Positions 1-14,078 of a stretch of DNA of 64,000 bases are shown here, piece by piece (within the stretch, counting starts at the first letter, position 1; each line of letters begins with the position of its first letter). A program made the translations under genes and the position numbers. The notes under the pieces are model-generated. The model did not search any database, had not been told where the DNA came from, and saw nothing but the letters and a program-made list of their open reading frames with translations. Source of the DNA: Podarcis erhardii. Its lineage: Eukaryota. The stretch lies in NCBI GenBank assembly GCA_964252035.1, contig OZ176201.1. The stretch is one strand, 5' to 3'.

Positions 1-813
1 TGGGGCTGATGGGAGTTGCCATCCCAAACATTTGGAGGGCAGTAGGTTGTGGAAGTCTGCTCCAAATCATTGCAAACTCACGCATCAAGCACGTACAGTC
101 CCCAAACATAACCAATAGTAGAGGGTATACAGGAGCATTCACTGAATTGAGCAGAAAGATACTATGTTCTGGGAGGAATTTGAAAAAGTGTTGATTAATT
201 TGTGATTGACTTACCCTTCAACACCCATGTGTTGTGAAAGCCTGCAAAAAACAAAAACACCCAAGCTGACTTTTGTTTTTAAAAAACCCAACTTTGTTAG
301 TGTGCGCTATTTTAAATGTGGACCAGGGTGGGGGGCAGATAACATGTTCAGTCTAAACGAAGAAACTGACCTGACCTGGCAAATTGAAAGCCTTTTGTAC
401 TGTTGTGCTATTGGTTTTTTTCTTTTTTCTTTTAAAAAAAGAAATCATAAGTTTGTAGTTTGTCCTGATAATATGATTGTATTTTTTAAAAAAGGTTTGA
501 GATACCAGACACCAGCAGACCATAGTTTTCCCATATATAATTGCTCAAGTACAGTTTGAGCAGTTTGTGCATAGCTGCAATATATTTCTAAAGCATTGTG
601 CATTAAAATGAAAAAGAGACAGGATGATCACTTAGGCGTTGCTGCCACACGGCACTTTGAATTGTAACAGCACTTTAGAAAAAGAAGTACCACGCGGCGT
701 ATCATCAACTCAGCATTTCCCCAAATTCCGCAATGCTATCAGTCAACTGATTTTTTAAAAAGGGAACTGACTACGCACAACACTTTAAAAAGAAATACGT
801 AATTAGTTTTGAA

Positions 814-819
814 TTTATT
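814..819 (-). terminator. Candidate WNT5A polyadenylation signal (AATAAA), cleavage near 795
   Basis: The only canonical AATAAA I found on the minus strand in 1-2050. It is followed by a U/GU-rich tract (tatttctttttaaagtgttgtgc) and implies a ~1.25 kb 3'UTR. A longer UTR beyond the window cannot be excluded. Confidence 0.55.
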
Positions 820-1788
820 ATTGTTGTTTTTAAGGACTTTGCAGACTGCACAAACAATGCAGCTGCAGTTTCAGCACAGTCAAACCGGCACACACACTGC
901 TTAGGAAATCCCACAGATAGCTCTTCAATATTCTTATAAAGTAAGGCAGAAAGGCTTTTCTAAATGTGCATAATGTGAGATAGGCATGTTTTACTTGACG
1001 TGGCAACGTTCCAAATTCTGCTTTGATCTGCGCTGTGCAGTCAAAGTCAGATATTCTTCCTCCTGGTTTGCTAGCTGTTTGAAGGAATCGGTTGGTTGGT
1101 TCTTTTTCCTTTGCCCATTCAGAATACCTCTTCCTTCTAATGGAGACCCGCAAGACGGTACATTGTGGAACGGTGCTGATGAGAGAACTGCAACATCCAC
1201 CTGCCCTAAAACTGGCATCCATCATGGCTGCTGCAGGCGGGCAGAGCTACGGAGCCACGCTCCCGATATGGGTTGTTACAGCTTTGAACTCACTACCACC
1301 CTACTCCAGTGCCATCCAGGCAAACTTGAGCAATACTGGTGTCAGGAGGCCCCACCCCACTGGCTACTACTGGTTAGCGTCATTCCCCACAATGCATTTG
1401 CACAGAATTCCCACGCCTAAATGGGGGAACGCCATGTCACGCCAATGGGTCTTTAGATATTACCTAGCAGCATAACTGTGGCTTTTGGGAAATTCTGCTT
1501 CCACTCACACCTTCAAGTTGCCACGTTGAGGAGAGCTCACGCTACAGGTTACAGATATACGGATCAATGCTGTATCTGACTGTCTCGCTTCTTTTGGGTT
1601 GCTAAAGCTCAGAAGAAATACCTTGCACAGATGTGTATGTCACCAAGCCGTCATGCTCCGATCCAAAGCATGTAAGGCGGATACCTCATCTACTGCACTT
1701 GTTACTATGTCCCACGAGGCTATATGGGGATGGGTTGGATTTCCCTTTGAACTACTCTATCTTTTCTTTTCTTAATTCCAAATCCTGT

Positions 1789-1965
1789 AAAATAAATATT
1801 CTCTCAGGTTCTCCCACCCGTTATTGCAAAACAAAACAAAACAAAACATAAAAAAAACTATGCACAGTCTGAGCTGGATGCAGCAAGCTTTCCAATCACT
1901 TCTTGCTGAAGATTTTTTAGAAAATCTCTAAACAAGGAAAGCACCCGCTGGACTCTATAAATAAG
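1789..1965 (-). promoter_or_regulatory. AU/U-rich elements in the proximal WNT5A 3'UTR
   Basis: mRNA-sense CUUAUUUAUAGA (1954-1965), UUUUUAU plus (UUUUG)4 (1826-1857) and AAUAUUUAUUUU (1789-1800). Confidence 0.6.
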
Positions 1966-2001
1966 AGTGGAGACCTTCTTGGGGCAACCTCCCCGCTCCC
2001 T

Positions 2002-2017
2002 ACTGCCCTCTGCTGGT
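2002..2017 (-). promoter_or_regulatory. CTCF motif (reverse orientation) just past the WNT5A stop
   Basis: ACCAGCAGAGGGCAGT matches the CTCF core CCASYAGRKGGCRS. Confidence 0.55.
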
Positions 2018-2051
2018 AGACCGGAAAAAAGCTCTTCCCACCCATCCCCAT

Positions 2052-2540
<489 letters not shown>

Positions 2541-3656
2541 TCAGTGCAAGTCTGGGGCAAAATATCCCTCCACCACAAACACGCAGGAGGCATGGCCTTC
2601 GCAACGGGGAATCCATTCCCCCTCGACAGCACTGCATTCCTTGGCTCAGCGCTGTCACTCTTCCAGGACACACCTCTGAACTGCCCTGTTGGGATCCTTC
2701 AAAAAAACACACACCACACCGCCCTTATTGTGAAGGATGATTAAAAACGGCTTTACTTTCATTCATTCCCTTCACAAAAAGCCCCACCTGTTCTTAACTG
2801 TCAACTGGCACAGCGTGGCAAGTGGGGGGGCGTCCAACACACAAAGAGGAACTTCTGGCATGTTTCCCTGTCAATTTGTTTGTCTGCCTCCTCCTTTGTT
2901 TAATAGGCTTATTATTCACCTTTCTAATAAAAATAACCCAAGGGGAGATTATATTTATATATACATAGCACATATACGTGCGTAACAGACAGGAACAAGT
3001 CTGGCTCGCATCCCTCTGTGCAACTTGCAGCATGTCATTTACCGAAAGCCTTTCACCAACCATGGGGACAAGAATGAAAAGTGGACAATAAATTGCCAAC
3101 AACAAAAAAAAAATTAAGCACCAGTTGTCATATAAGACTCTTGATTATATTGCAGTCTTCCTAACGCTCCCGGGGAATGGTCTGGCCACCACACGGAGGC
3201 TGAAATTACTCCATGGAAAGCTGTTTGGCATACCGTGACTCACCACATGAATTGGGTCATTTTCTCCACATCTCTACAGATGTTTTTGTCTTGGCCCCTT
3301 GGACAGGCACTGAGATGAGAGGGGACAATAGCTTAGTGGCAGGCCACACGCTATGCTGGCGGGAAATTAAAAGGTCTCAGGAGTCAAATAGCATTGAATT
3401 ACATGGATCAGGGGTCTCTTGGGCAACTCCTCACATCACCCCTGATATGCATGCGAGCAGCTCGTCACCTGGCACTGGTCCCCTAATGATGCTATGAGGA
3501 GTATTTCCATGTGGTGCCTAAAGCATCTATACTGCCTGGCAGGGTTGGCGCCAAGTATGGCAAGGAACTGGGAGCTCTCTTCTGCCGCTGGGCCCTGTGT
3601 GGAGCACTGCATGGCTGTATCTAGACACCCTTTTAAATTCTCACAATGCCCCAGAG

Positions 3657-3695
3657 CAGGGGTAGGGAACCTCAGGCCTGGGGCCAAATGAGACA

Positions 3696-3764
<69 letters not shown>

Positions 3765-4057
3765 CATTTCTCTTTTGTTCTTGGGACTCTCCTCAGGCTA
3801 CACCCCTCTCTCCAAGTCATGCCCCCTTGGCAGTGTTTCTGCCTGGCTGGAATGTGTCCTTGAACTCTGATGACGATGGAGGATAGACAGTGGAAGGCGG
3901 GCGTGTGTAGGATCTAGCCTGCACAAAGGTACAATTTCCATTCCTTGCTCCACTTCCTTTTGCCTCTGGCCCTGCCCACTCCTAGCATATGGCCCCCAGA
4001 GGGTGGCCTAGAAGGGAATGTGGCCCTAGGACTGAAGAGAAGGGTTCCCCACCATTG
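3657..4057. mobile_element. hAT-Charlie-like MITE containing a (TC)n(AC)n microsatellite
   Basis: TIR CAGGGGTAGGGAACC versus CAATGGTGGGGAACC (12/15); 8-bp TSD CCCCAGAG/CTCCAGAG resembling the Charlie NTCTAGAN target. Confidence 0.7.
3696..3762. repeat. Compound (CT)n(AC)n microsatellite
   Basis: Directly visible. Confidence 0.97.
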
Positions 4058-5564
4058 CTCCAGAGCTACACTAGATCAGAGACACCTCAGAAAACCAAAA
4101 GGATGCCTAGATCCAGCCACCTGGTGCTTTCTGGAATACAGGACCAGGAAGGAAAACAGTTAAGGCAACCCAGGGTAGGCAGCAGTAGCTGCAGGCCGTG
4201 ACAACTGCACAAGGAAGCCATGCGCAGGCAATGCTGGCTGGAATAGGAGTGAGCTTCTGGCCATTCAAAAATGCTGCGATCTGTAACTCCCAACCAAATC
4301 TGAGAATAGACCTTTTGACTCCTAGGCCTTCCTGGCTAAAGAAAATTTCCAAATACCAGAGCAATAAGAATAATGCCCTGAACCGAAATCTCATATCCTC
4401 TCCAGTGTGCATTGGGGATTCTTGCCTGGTCCATATGCAAATCTGCTCCCCAGACTAAAACAAATGGGCAGGAAAACCACATGAACACATAAGAGCTCCT
4501 GTACCCATGCAGCACCAGAGCATTCTTCTCTTGCTGGAAAGTTCTTGCTCTCATTTCTGCCAGTATAAAGTATAAAGATTTTATTTTTAAAAATCAGGTC
4601 ATTTATTACGGCATACTACACAGGCCTAGTTCAAATAGTTTTGCCTTTTCAGTGGTGGCCCCATGGCTGTCAAATTCTTTTCCCCTTGAGGTCAAGTTGG
4701 CACACTGCTTCACCTTCCTTTAGAAGAAGAATCGGAGCATATTGATTCACTGTGCCTTTTCTGTTTCACCAAACTATGGAGCTTTGACAGCATTCTATTG
4801 TTTAAGCTACTGTTTTCCTTGTTTTTGTAATTAATCACTGTAACTTTAAAAGCACTGTTGTCTTAACTGACATTATTTTAACTGTTGTCATTATAAAATC
4901 ATCATTATCAGCAGCAGCATCACCATTGTTATGGACCACTCCAAGAACCACTGAAATCTACAGTTACTGTAAAGAAAGTAGGGGAAATGGTTTGGCCACT
5001 GGAACGCGCTGGGTGTTCGCACATTCCCTGTTCACCTCATCTAGCCAATTCTTTCAAACACATATTCACTTATAAGAATAACCATGGCTTGTTCCAAATT
5101 GAAAACCAAGCAAACTGTGTGTATTGCAAATTATTAGTTTGCCTCAAAACTATCGAGGTGAACTGCTGGCTGTCATGTTCAAGGGGCAAATGCCAAGTGA
5201 CTCCCACGAACACATCCTACTGCCATTACTGAAGCAGCCATCCAGTTAGCAACCATGCACTTGCAAACACCCTAGCACATCTTATAAACGCAAGAACCAT
5301 GTCATGTCAGATGGGAGCAGGCACTGCTTCAAACCATAATCAGAAGTCCATTTCAAAATTTGTTCAAATGGATAGCGAAAAGCACCCAATATGGCCACCT
5401 AGCTTGTGGGATTAGGCAGAAGCATGGGAGATACTGTGCATTCAATGCTGGCCATTTCCCTGGCTAAAGAGCTATATCAGGCTGAGATCAGCTAGAGAGG
5501 GGAGATTCCGAGAGGGAAACAGTTGGGCCAGGTTTATGTCACTAAGCTATGGTCTTCTTCCCTT

Positions 5565-5825
5565 GAACATAGGAAGCTGCCTACCAAGTCAGTTTGTTGC
5601 TCCTTCTAGTGTATGTTACTGGACTACAGCTCCTATTATCCTTGGCCATTGAGCTCTGCTGGCTGCGAGTCCAACAATGTCTAGAGGGCTACAGGTCCCC
5701 CATCCAAGGTCCATACTAGCTGGACATTTCAGACAGAGGCATTCCCAGCCCAAGCTGGAGATGCCGAGGACTGAACCCAAGATCTTCTGCACACAAAACA
5801 GATGCTCTGCCGCCAATCCTCAGCC
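5565..5825 (-). mobile_element. tRNA-derived SINE with CR1-type 3' tail, interrupted by a palindromic repeat (~5615-5705)
   Basis: B-box-like GGGTTCAGTCCTCGGCATCTCC and tail GGCAGCTTCCTATGTTC; related pieces at ~24940-25070 (+) and ~55565-55700 (-). Family name not confirmed. Confidence 0.55.
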
Positions 5826-6936
5826 ACACACAAGACGGCAGAACTAAAATCAATGCCACCTGACCAGTCAGTGGACTGGCTTGCCGCTGCTAGACTTGCA
5901 TCAGATTTTCTCTCTCCCTGCACACCACCCGCACTGCAGATTTTCCACTCCTGATTCGGCAGCTCCCTCCTACACCAATCTCTCCACATGCAGCTGAGCC
6001 GCTCCGTCCAAGAGAGAAAACCCCAAAACACCTCTGGGTGGGGGACAGGCCTACACCGCAATATCCTCTTTGTAAAACCTTGGCAAGGAGACCTCGATAA
6101 TTTACCCTGTATAAATAGACATGAGTCAGTGTTGACACAGCCCCAAAAATCCTGGGGTCTGACACATTAGGTGGATGCTGAATGCCACTTCCACCCAGCA
6201 TTAAAAGAAAGTTTTTCGGGGGGCGGGAGATGGAGGAGGGAGAGTTCAACCTCTGCCAAATGCCATCGCAGGGAGGCAGCTCAAAGGGGGTGGTAGCAGG
6301 GAACCACTCGAAGCCGACAGGGGCAACTGTGAAAAGCCATTTTTCTCCTGCCTAGCAGCAAATTGGCCTTTCCATTGCTTTCAGATGCCTTCTTCTCACA
6401 TTTAAATGCTATTAATTTTCAATTATCCTTCATCCTAATTCACCTTGAAACACAAGTGTAAAGTCTCCAGCCGACGAGTCCTGGCACCGTCACTTCTAGG
6501 AAAATAATGACTTTGGCTCCTTCCACTCCAGGGCAATAAAAATGAAGTTTACACTCATTCGTTTAAAAGATTTTAAAGATTAAAAAAGCCATAAAAACTG
6601 ACTTCCACCACAGAAGAGCATGTTTTCTAATAATACAGAGAAGCTGGTTGTTGGGTGGGTGTGTTTTTTTTCACAACCTCACAAGGAAGAGTGAAAATAG
6701 CCCCCTTGCAAGAATATTTCACTCCGGCAAAATACGGCGCTTCGGTCACCCGCTCCAAAGAAAACTGGATTGGTTGGAAATATAAACTAATAAAATTCTA
6801 TTCTGCATAAAATTCACTGTGACTTGCACTATTTTACTAGAACAACTTGGAAGGGAGGTGGGAAGGGGGTACGTATTTAGCCCATTTGAAGGAAGGCTAT
6901 CAACCCATGGCCCTTGTCATTGCCACTGAGCTTATA

Positions 6937-7110
6937 CATAAGAATATGAGAAGAGCCTGCTGGATCAGGCCAGTGGCCCATCTAGTCCAGCATCCTGTTC
7001 ACACAGTGGCCAACTGGAAGCCTGTGGGGAAATCAGCAAGCAGGATTCAAGCACAACTGTGGCGGCAGAGCACAGCCATTCTAGCTAGTAGTTACTGATA
7101 GGCTTCCTTC
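6937..7110 (-). mobile_element. CR1-related 3' end
   Basis: CATAAGAATATGAGAAGAGCCTGCTGGATCAGGCCAGTGGCCCATCTAGTCCAGCATCC is the recurrent CR1-type terminus. Confidence 0.65.
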
Positions 7111-7299
7111 TCCCACTCTCATTCGTTGCATTTAAATGGAACCTTTCCCCCTCCAGATCTAAAGGGAAATAACAGATCTCTCTTATTTAAACAAGACATA
7201 TTCCAGAGATCACCCATTGTTCAAACTCATTCAAAAGAAAATTGCTTTTAACCCAAAAAAACCCCACCACACACAGAGGTTTGGGAACAGGTATTGCTA

Positions 7300-7746
<447 letters not shown>

Positions 7747-9271
7747 TCACATACATTTATTTTATTTAATACAGGTGAAGATCAACTGCCATTCAATTCT
7801 GAGCTTCCCCCACTCCCGACGTGACAGATGTTCATTTGAAAAGGGAAACAACAGCACACGAATGAAGTGTTCCCACTGTGGCTGATGGTATTAGATATCA
7901 GGATAGTGGCATAAAAATCCTAGAGTCTGCTATGCTGGTTAGAAAGAAATTCAGGCATCTTGAATTATCTATTCATTTATCTACAAAGAAGGAAACATAT
8001 TGGAGAAGCCTGAGGTCTGGCCATCAGCTCTGGTAAAGTAAAAGAAAAAATGTCAGAAGTCTTCTTAGGATTTTCCTTCTTCAAGCCTTTAAACTTTGGC
8101 AATGAAGTTCAGCGCTTGTCCCATTTGGTTAAATGGGACTTTATCCCTAGTAAATGTGCACAGGATTGCAGCATAAGAGAGAGAGTTTTCTGTGATGGAA
8201 AGCTCCACTCAAGTCGGCTAATTACTAATTATCCTGAGGGGAAATTCATTAGTTGGTATATTACCTGAATCCAATTCCCCCCCTGAAAAGAATTCATTTA
8301 TAAATATCTCACTACGTAAGAGCTTGATGAAAACCCAAAAACCACACCTTTCAGTTCCTCCCAATTTTAGCCAGACCATGCTCTCTGTAATCTTTCAAAA
8401 AGAGTAGCTAAGGGTCTCTACAAAAGGTAAAAGGGTACCCCCCCTCCCCAGCAGATACTTCGCAACAAACACTGTCCTCACAGTAACAGCTCCAAAAAGT
8501 TTAAAGCTGTGGTAAAGCTCGCCTTGTGAGCTGCTGATGTTTCTAAGAAACCAGAGGTCTGGGGGTTTGTTGTTGTTTTACACAAAAACAATTTCAAGAA
8601 CTTCACTAGCTCAAAGAATGGGACCCAAATTTCAAAGAGCCCATTCTTCAGTGGAGCCTTTAGCTATTTAGGCACTTTCGCAGATATATATTTTTTCTAT
8701 TTGAGGAAGTTCGGAATCACTGGAAAATCAAACATTTTAAACAAACGGAACAGACTGATGAAGGCACACACCAAAGCACCCAACCATTGTAACTAAGGCA
8801 TTTTCTGCTTTTGGAGAACTTTGTACTACTACATAGGCCTACCAATTCTTGGTCGCATTTTATAAGCTGGACTCGATTTTAACAGACATAGCAGAACACT
8901 GAAAGCACCCTGTAGTATTTATTCTAGTGTCATTCACAGCAAAGCTCATAGGAGCTCTGCCTAATTGGTCCCCTTCCACAGAGATAGCTCACATCTCACT
9001 ATCATTTTGGGGGATATGCCACGTCTAGGTTCTTCTCCACAAGCATGTTTTGAAAAGAACCCTTTCAAGTCTGGACAGGGGCAAAAAGGTAGAGATCGAA
9101 ATACGCCGAAGAGAGAAAGAAAACAGATGGAAGAAATTTGCAGGGGAGGGGGGAGCAGTTTGAGCAAGCAGCCCTGTGCCATGAAACTGCTTTCTGTAGG
9201 CTTCAGCTTCAGACGGTAGGAGCCTGTTTAAAGCAAGTCTCATCAACTTTGACAGTATTCGAAGTCCTGTT

Positions 9272-9287
9272 GCCAGCAGAGGGCTGG
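9272..9287 (+). promoter_or_regulatory. CTCF motif in intron 3
   Basis: GCCAGCAGAGGGCTGG. Confidence 0.5.
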
Positions 9288-11986
9288 TTTGTTTAGAAGC
9301 TCCTCGCTCTCTGCTAGGCACGAACACGATTCCTTTATTATTATTATCTAAAGCTTTCTTGCATTCTCCCATGTAAACTGCTGATGTCTATTTCAAAAAA
9401 AAGAAGAAGAAAAAGAAAAAAGCCCTCCCTACTTTTATACTATTTTGACAGAAAGGGGCTGCAGAGAAAACAAGTGATTCGCTTACACATCTCGAAAGGG
9501 AATTTAGGCTGTAATCCGGCTCAGTTTGATGGTTGAAATGCCATCGCCGTCAATGGGATTTAAGCTGCCCAACTGTGCAAGGGAGGACACTGCCTTGGGG
9601 TTTTGGTTTTGGGTTTTCTGCATCAAGCTGCAAGAACTTATACAAACATATGATAAGACGCAAAGCTATATTTCCTTTGAACAGCATTCTCAACTTGAAG
9701 CCGAGATTCCACTACTATTGCCAGCGCAGTTAAATGTCTAGTCATAGACATTTTAAAAAAACTTATTAATTGAATTTGTTGCAGTTTATTACTTTCTCCT
9801 TCCAGGGAGGAAAACAACAACAACACAGAGACATTTTCCCAATATTATGCAACAAATTTTCCAGGCTCTTTCAGAAGCAAGGAAACAGCATGTTTTATTT
9901 GAGCCAGCAATATTGTGGTGATCTGATTCACATCACACTGAAGTGAACGCCAAGGCTTTTGCGAATCAGGTTTAGATGATCAACCCTTGGGAGCAGTTAC
10001 ACAGAGAGCAAGTCAACGTTTTGGTACCATAGTGATGGCTCATTTGCAATCTGAACATATTGCAGGATATATTGAACTTAGCTAGAGCTTTGCTATTGAC
10101 TTAAATTTGGTCTAACAGCAGTCTGAAATGTTATATAAACTTCCAGGATTTTTAGTGTACTACATCAAACCACTATCAGCTCATAATTCTTTCAGGTCAA
10201 TCAGCAAAGACATCATAGAGAAACATACAGATCCAGGCAGAGAGCCCAAACTGGCACAATCTTTTGTCCTAACTGCACACTGTAAGTGGATTTATAGCCC
10301 TGTAAGGCTGAGCCATGTCTATGCAAGAAGCAGGGCACCGAAGCTGAGATCTTGTCCCCCATTCAAGAGAAACAGCAACCAATCCAATAGTTTATTCGAG
10401 GAAACTAGACTCAACTATGCAATGAGAGCACATACTTGTTCTCAATGAATACACTTTTCAGGATCTTTAACAGCTCAATGCACACATTACACTCACTTCT
10501 ATTTTCAGTTAATCTAAGTGGCCAATTACCCTACTAAATAAAAATAAATACATTCAGATGTCTTGTGGAGAAGAAACAGAGACCTGGAAGCAATGGGGAC
10601 CCATTCCAGGACTTGTAGATGCAAAGTCTGCAAAAAGAGACCATGGCAACTTAGACATGAGTCTTCAAGGCTGGAACATACCTGACCAGGTATACAAACG
10701 CTTAAGGTTTCAGTACTTTCAGGCTTTTGTTGTACTGTTTTTATTTGTTTTTCGGTATGGGGCAGTGATAATCTGACCAGTTATTCTAAAGCTCTCAGTT
10801 CTACAGCATCTGTAATGCAAAGCTGCAGGAGAAAATTTAAGTCTTCAATAAACAAGTGTTTCCACTTAGTTCCTTTTTTTGGAGGGGGGGAGGCATGGAA
10901 AATGTTTAATCTGAGATTTTGTAAAGCTTATTTTTACATAAAATTAACTTCTAGGGTAAATGTGACTTAACAGCATCCCTGCAAGCAATGCAGAAGCCTA
11001 CTCAATGCATAAATGAAGTTACCTTTAATCTAATTTTAAAGTCATTCCAATCCTTCCCTATCCGATTTCAAAAAGCGGGATTTAAAATTAGATTTAGATC
11101 TCTGCATTCTGAGATGCTGGTATACACAAGTTGTGCGTTTGAGGCTGGGGAGGGGGCATGGAGAGAGATGTATAGATTTGAATGTATACTACAAATGCCA
11201 TTATTCTAGTTGGGGAGGGGGAGCAACCCATCAGTCATTAGAGTGATGCTGCCTTTTAACCTTTGTAATTTAAGCAGGGGCAGTATTTATGCTGATGTGA
11301 GCTCTACAGCAGAAGGGCCCTGTCAAAAGCAACTAACAGAAGCTACACTCTCAGCATACAGGGATCGGGAGATTGCTCCAAGACAGCATTTTTAATTAAC
11401 CATAATAATTATGGTTAAACACATGCAACACCTACCTATGTTCTTAGCCTCAATGAAAGCACGTTGACTGCGAGTGCCAACATCTTTCATTTCTAAATTG
11501 AAATCCCCTTGAAACAAAAATTATTTTGCTGGGGGGGGGGGGAGGCTGCAGTCTTAAAGCACAGTTAACTAGGGAGTAAGCCACATTGAGCACTTTGGGG
11601 GCTTGCTTCCAAACACACACAGAATTGGGCTGTGAAGGGGAAATGGACTAAACATAAAAATTATGGCATGACAAAAAGCTGGCGTGTGGTTAATCCAGAG
11701 TCCAATTCAATTGTCACACAGCTTTGGAATTCCAGACGTAGAAATGACCCTGTTCTGGCTGAAAACGACTTGTTTTCATGCTTCCTCCTTTAAATTTAGA
11801 TCTGGCTTAATTTTAATCTGCATCAGGACAAGGTGAGAATGGCAATGCTACTCTTCCTGTTCCATACCACCAGTGGTCCCCATGTGCTTCTAGCTTCACA
11901 GGAAGGATCTCTGGGCTAAAGGCCATTTAGCTTTCTCCTTCTTGACAGGTTTCAATGGCGCATAAAGAACCTGGCAGGTTTTCCTA

Positions 11987-12337
<351 letters not shown>

Positions 12338-13457
12338 TCAAGAACAGCAGCTGAATGCACATGCTGCGTGGATTCCACAGACATGGAACCCAGCCCTGAA
12401 ACAAATTTGCTTGTTCCATTTGGTCTGCTGGGGACGGCGGCCAAAATGTGGGAAAGGTGCTGGGTGTGTGTGTCTTCAGCTTCGTTCAATGGTTGGAAAG
12501 CTAAAGTAAACCACATGCATGAATTTATTGAGACAGACACTGAATTATGCAGCTATCTAAATAGGATGGTTGCCCCCCTCTTAGGCTGTCTCCCCTCCTA
12601 GGCTTCAAATTTCACACTATCCATCCCTATGGATTTTTTTCTTTTTTCAAACCTGGAAACAAAATCCAAGATGCTCCCAGAACACGCTTCATTCTCTAAC
12701 ATGCCATGTCAATCTTTTTTAAAAAGAAAAATAACTATCAGACACTAGAGAATCTTCTGTAGCAAGAGAATTGTTACCATCCAAAAGTTCGGTCTCATGA
12801 TCCATAAAGTATGTAATGCAGGCCAGATAAATTAAATGGGATTTCGAGGCCCTCCCTCCCCTCATGCCATCATTTAAAAATTCACAATCAAGAATTGGCA
12901 CACAAGTGAATCCTGTCACCAAATGCCTTATTCGCCCAATGTCTTAAAGACCTCAACATGCGTGCCTGTTTTCAAAGGGATAAATTTAATCTCAGCTCTC
13001 TACGTGAATATTTACTCAGAAGCAAATTCTATTCAGAAAAAATGTAGCTTACTCCCCAGTAAGTGTGCCTAGGGTTTCACAGCCTCATTTGCACAATTCT
13101 TTTGAGGTGAAACTAGCAAGACCCTAAACACACAGGACTCAAAAATAGGCGGCTCACTTCTGCACAGAAGTGTCTAGAAAGCCAGGAGGACATTCCCGAT
13201 TACAATTTTACATTTAATTTAGTTTCTAGAGTACTACTTATTCCAAACCAGGATTTGAATGACTACATAAATGCAGGCTGCCTATCCTTTCCCCTCCATC
13301 CCTCCTAAAAGAATAGGAAAAATGGATTCAGGGTGTTCATAGTTTTTATTTTCCCAGGAGCAAACTAGGCCTCCTCCACCTTATTGGATGGGTTTTTTTT
13401 TTAAAGGGAGGGGGATTAATTAATTTGTACAGATGATGAAAATATTAAAAAGCTTAC

Positions 13458-13585
13458 CACCAAGAGCTGGCTTCTATCACAACTTGGATAAGTGAAGAGA
13501 AGATGGCCAGACTCAGAAAGAGGTACTTAGACGTCATTGCCTCTGTCCACAGAGCTCCACCTTGGACTAAGGTTCCCATGGACTT
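13458..13585 (-). CDS. WNT5A: WNT5A exon 2 (signal peptide region)
   Basis: KSMGTLVQGGALWTEAMTSKYLFLSLAIFSSLIQVVIEASSW(W), with a hydrophobic core. Acceptor cttccctcccctgcag|AAG; donor TGGTG|gtaagc; 128 nt, phase fits exon 3. Not in the ORF track. Confidence 0.96.
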
Positions 13586-13961
13586 CTGCAGGGGAGGGAA
13601 GAAGAGAGCGAGAAGCTTTTATGGCCTGGACCGGACCATCTCACGAGGGAACAAAGCGCAGCCCCCCGGGGGTCTGGGAGAGGCGGCGGTCCTTCTGCGC
13701 CTCAGCCAGGGACTTGCGCAGTGGCCAAGCCAGTGTCTGCTCCAAGTTCATTCACCCGCCTCGCCGCGAAGGCTCGGCTTTTGAGTGAATCCCAAAGCAG
13801 TCTCGATAAGGAGGAGGAAAAAGCTGAGTAGCAGCGGCGCCCAGCCCACAGTTTTGTGGACACACACAAATACATACATGCACACGCACCATCCGCCTCC
13901 GGAAAGAAAAAGCAGGCCGTTGCCAGCCCCTTCCGCGCGTTGCTGCTCAGACGCGGAGCGC

Positions 13962-14078
13962 GCAACAAGTGGAGAGCGACGGCCAGTCGACGGGGAGGGA
14001 GGACAGCAGCACCCACGTCCCAGCCGCGGCGCTCGGCTTCGGATTAGAACGACGCGCGCCTCCTCCTTTTTAATTATA
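13962..14078 (-). promoter_or_regulatory. Probable WNT5A promoter B / alternative first exon 1B
   Basis: TATA-like TATAATTAAAA (14078-14068) inside a GC-rich context ~0.5 kb upstream of exon 2. CTCCACTTGTTGC (13974-13962) matches the human exon 1B leader as I recall it. Confidence 0.5.
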
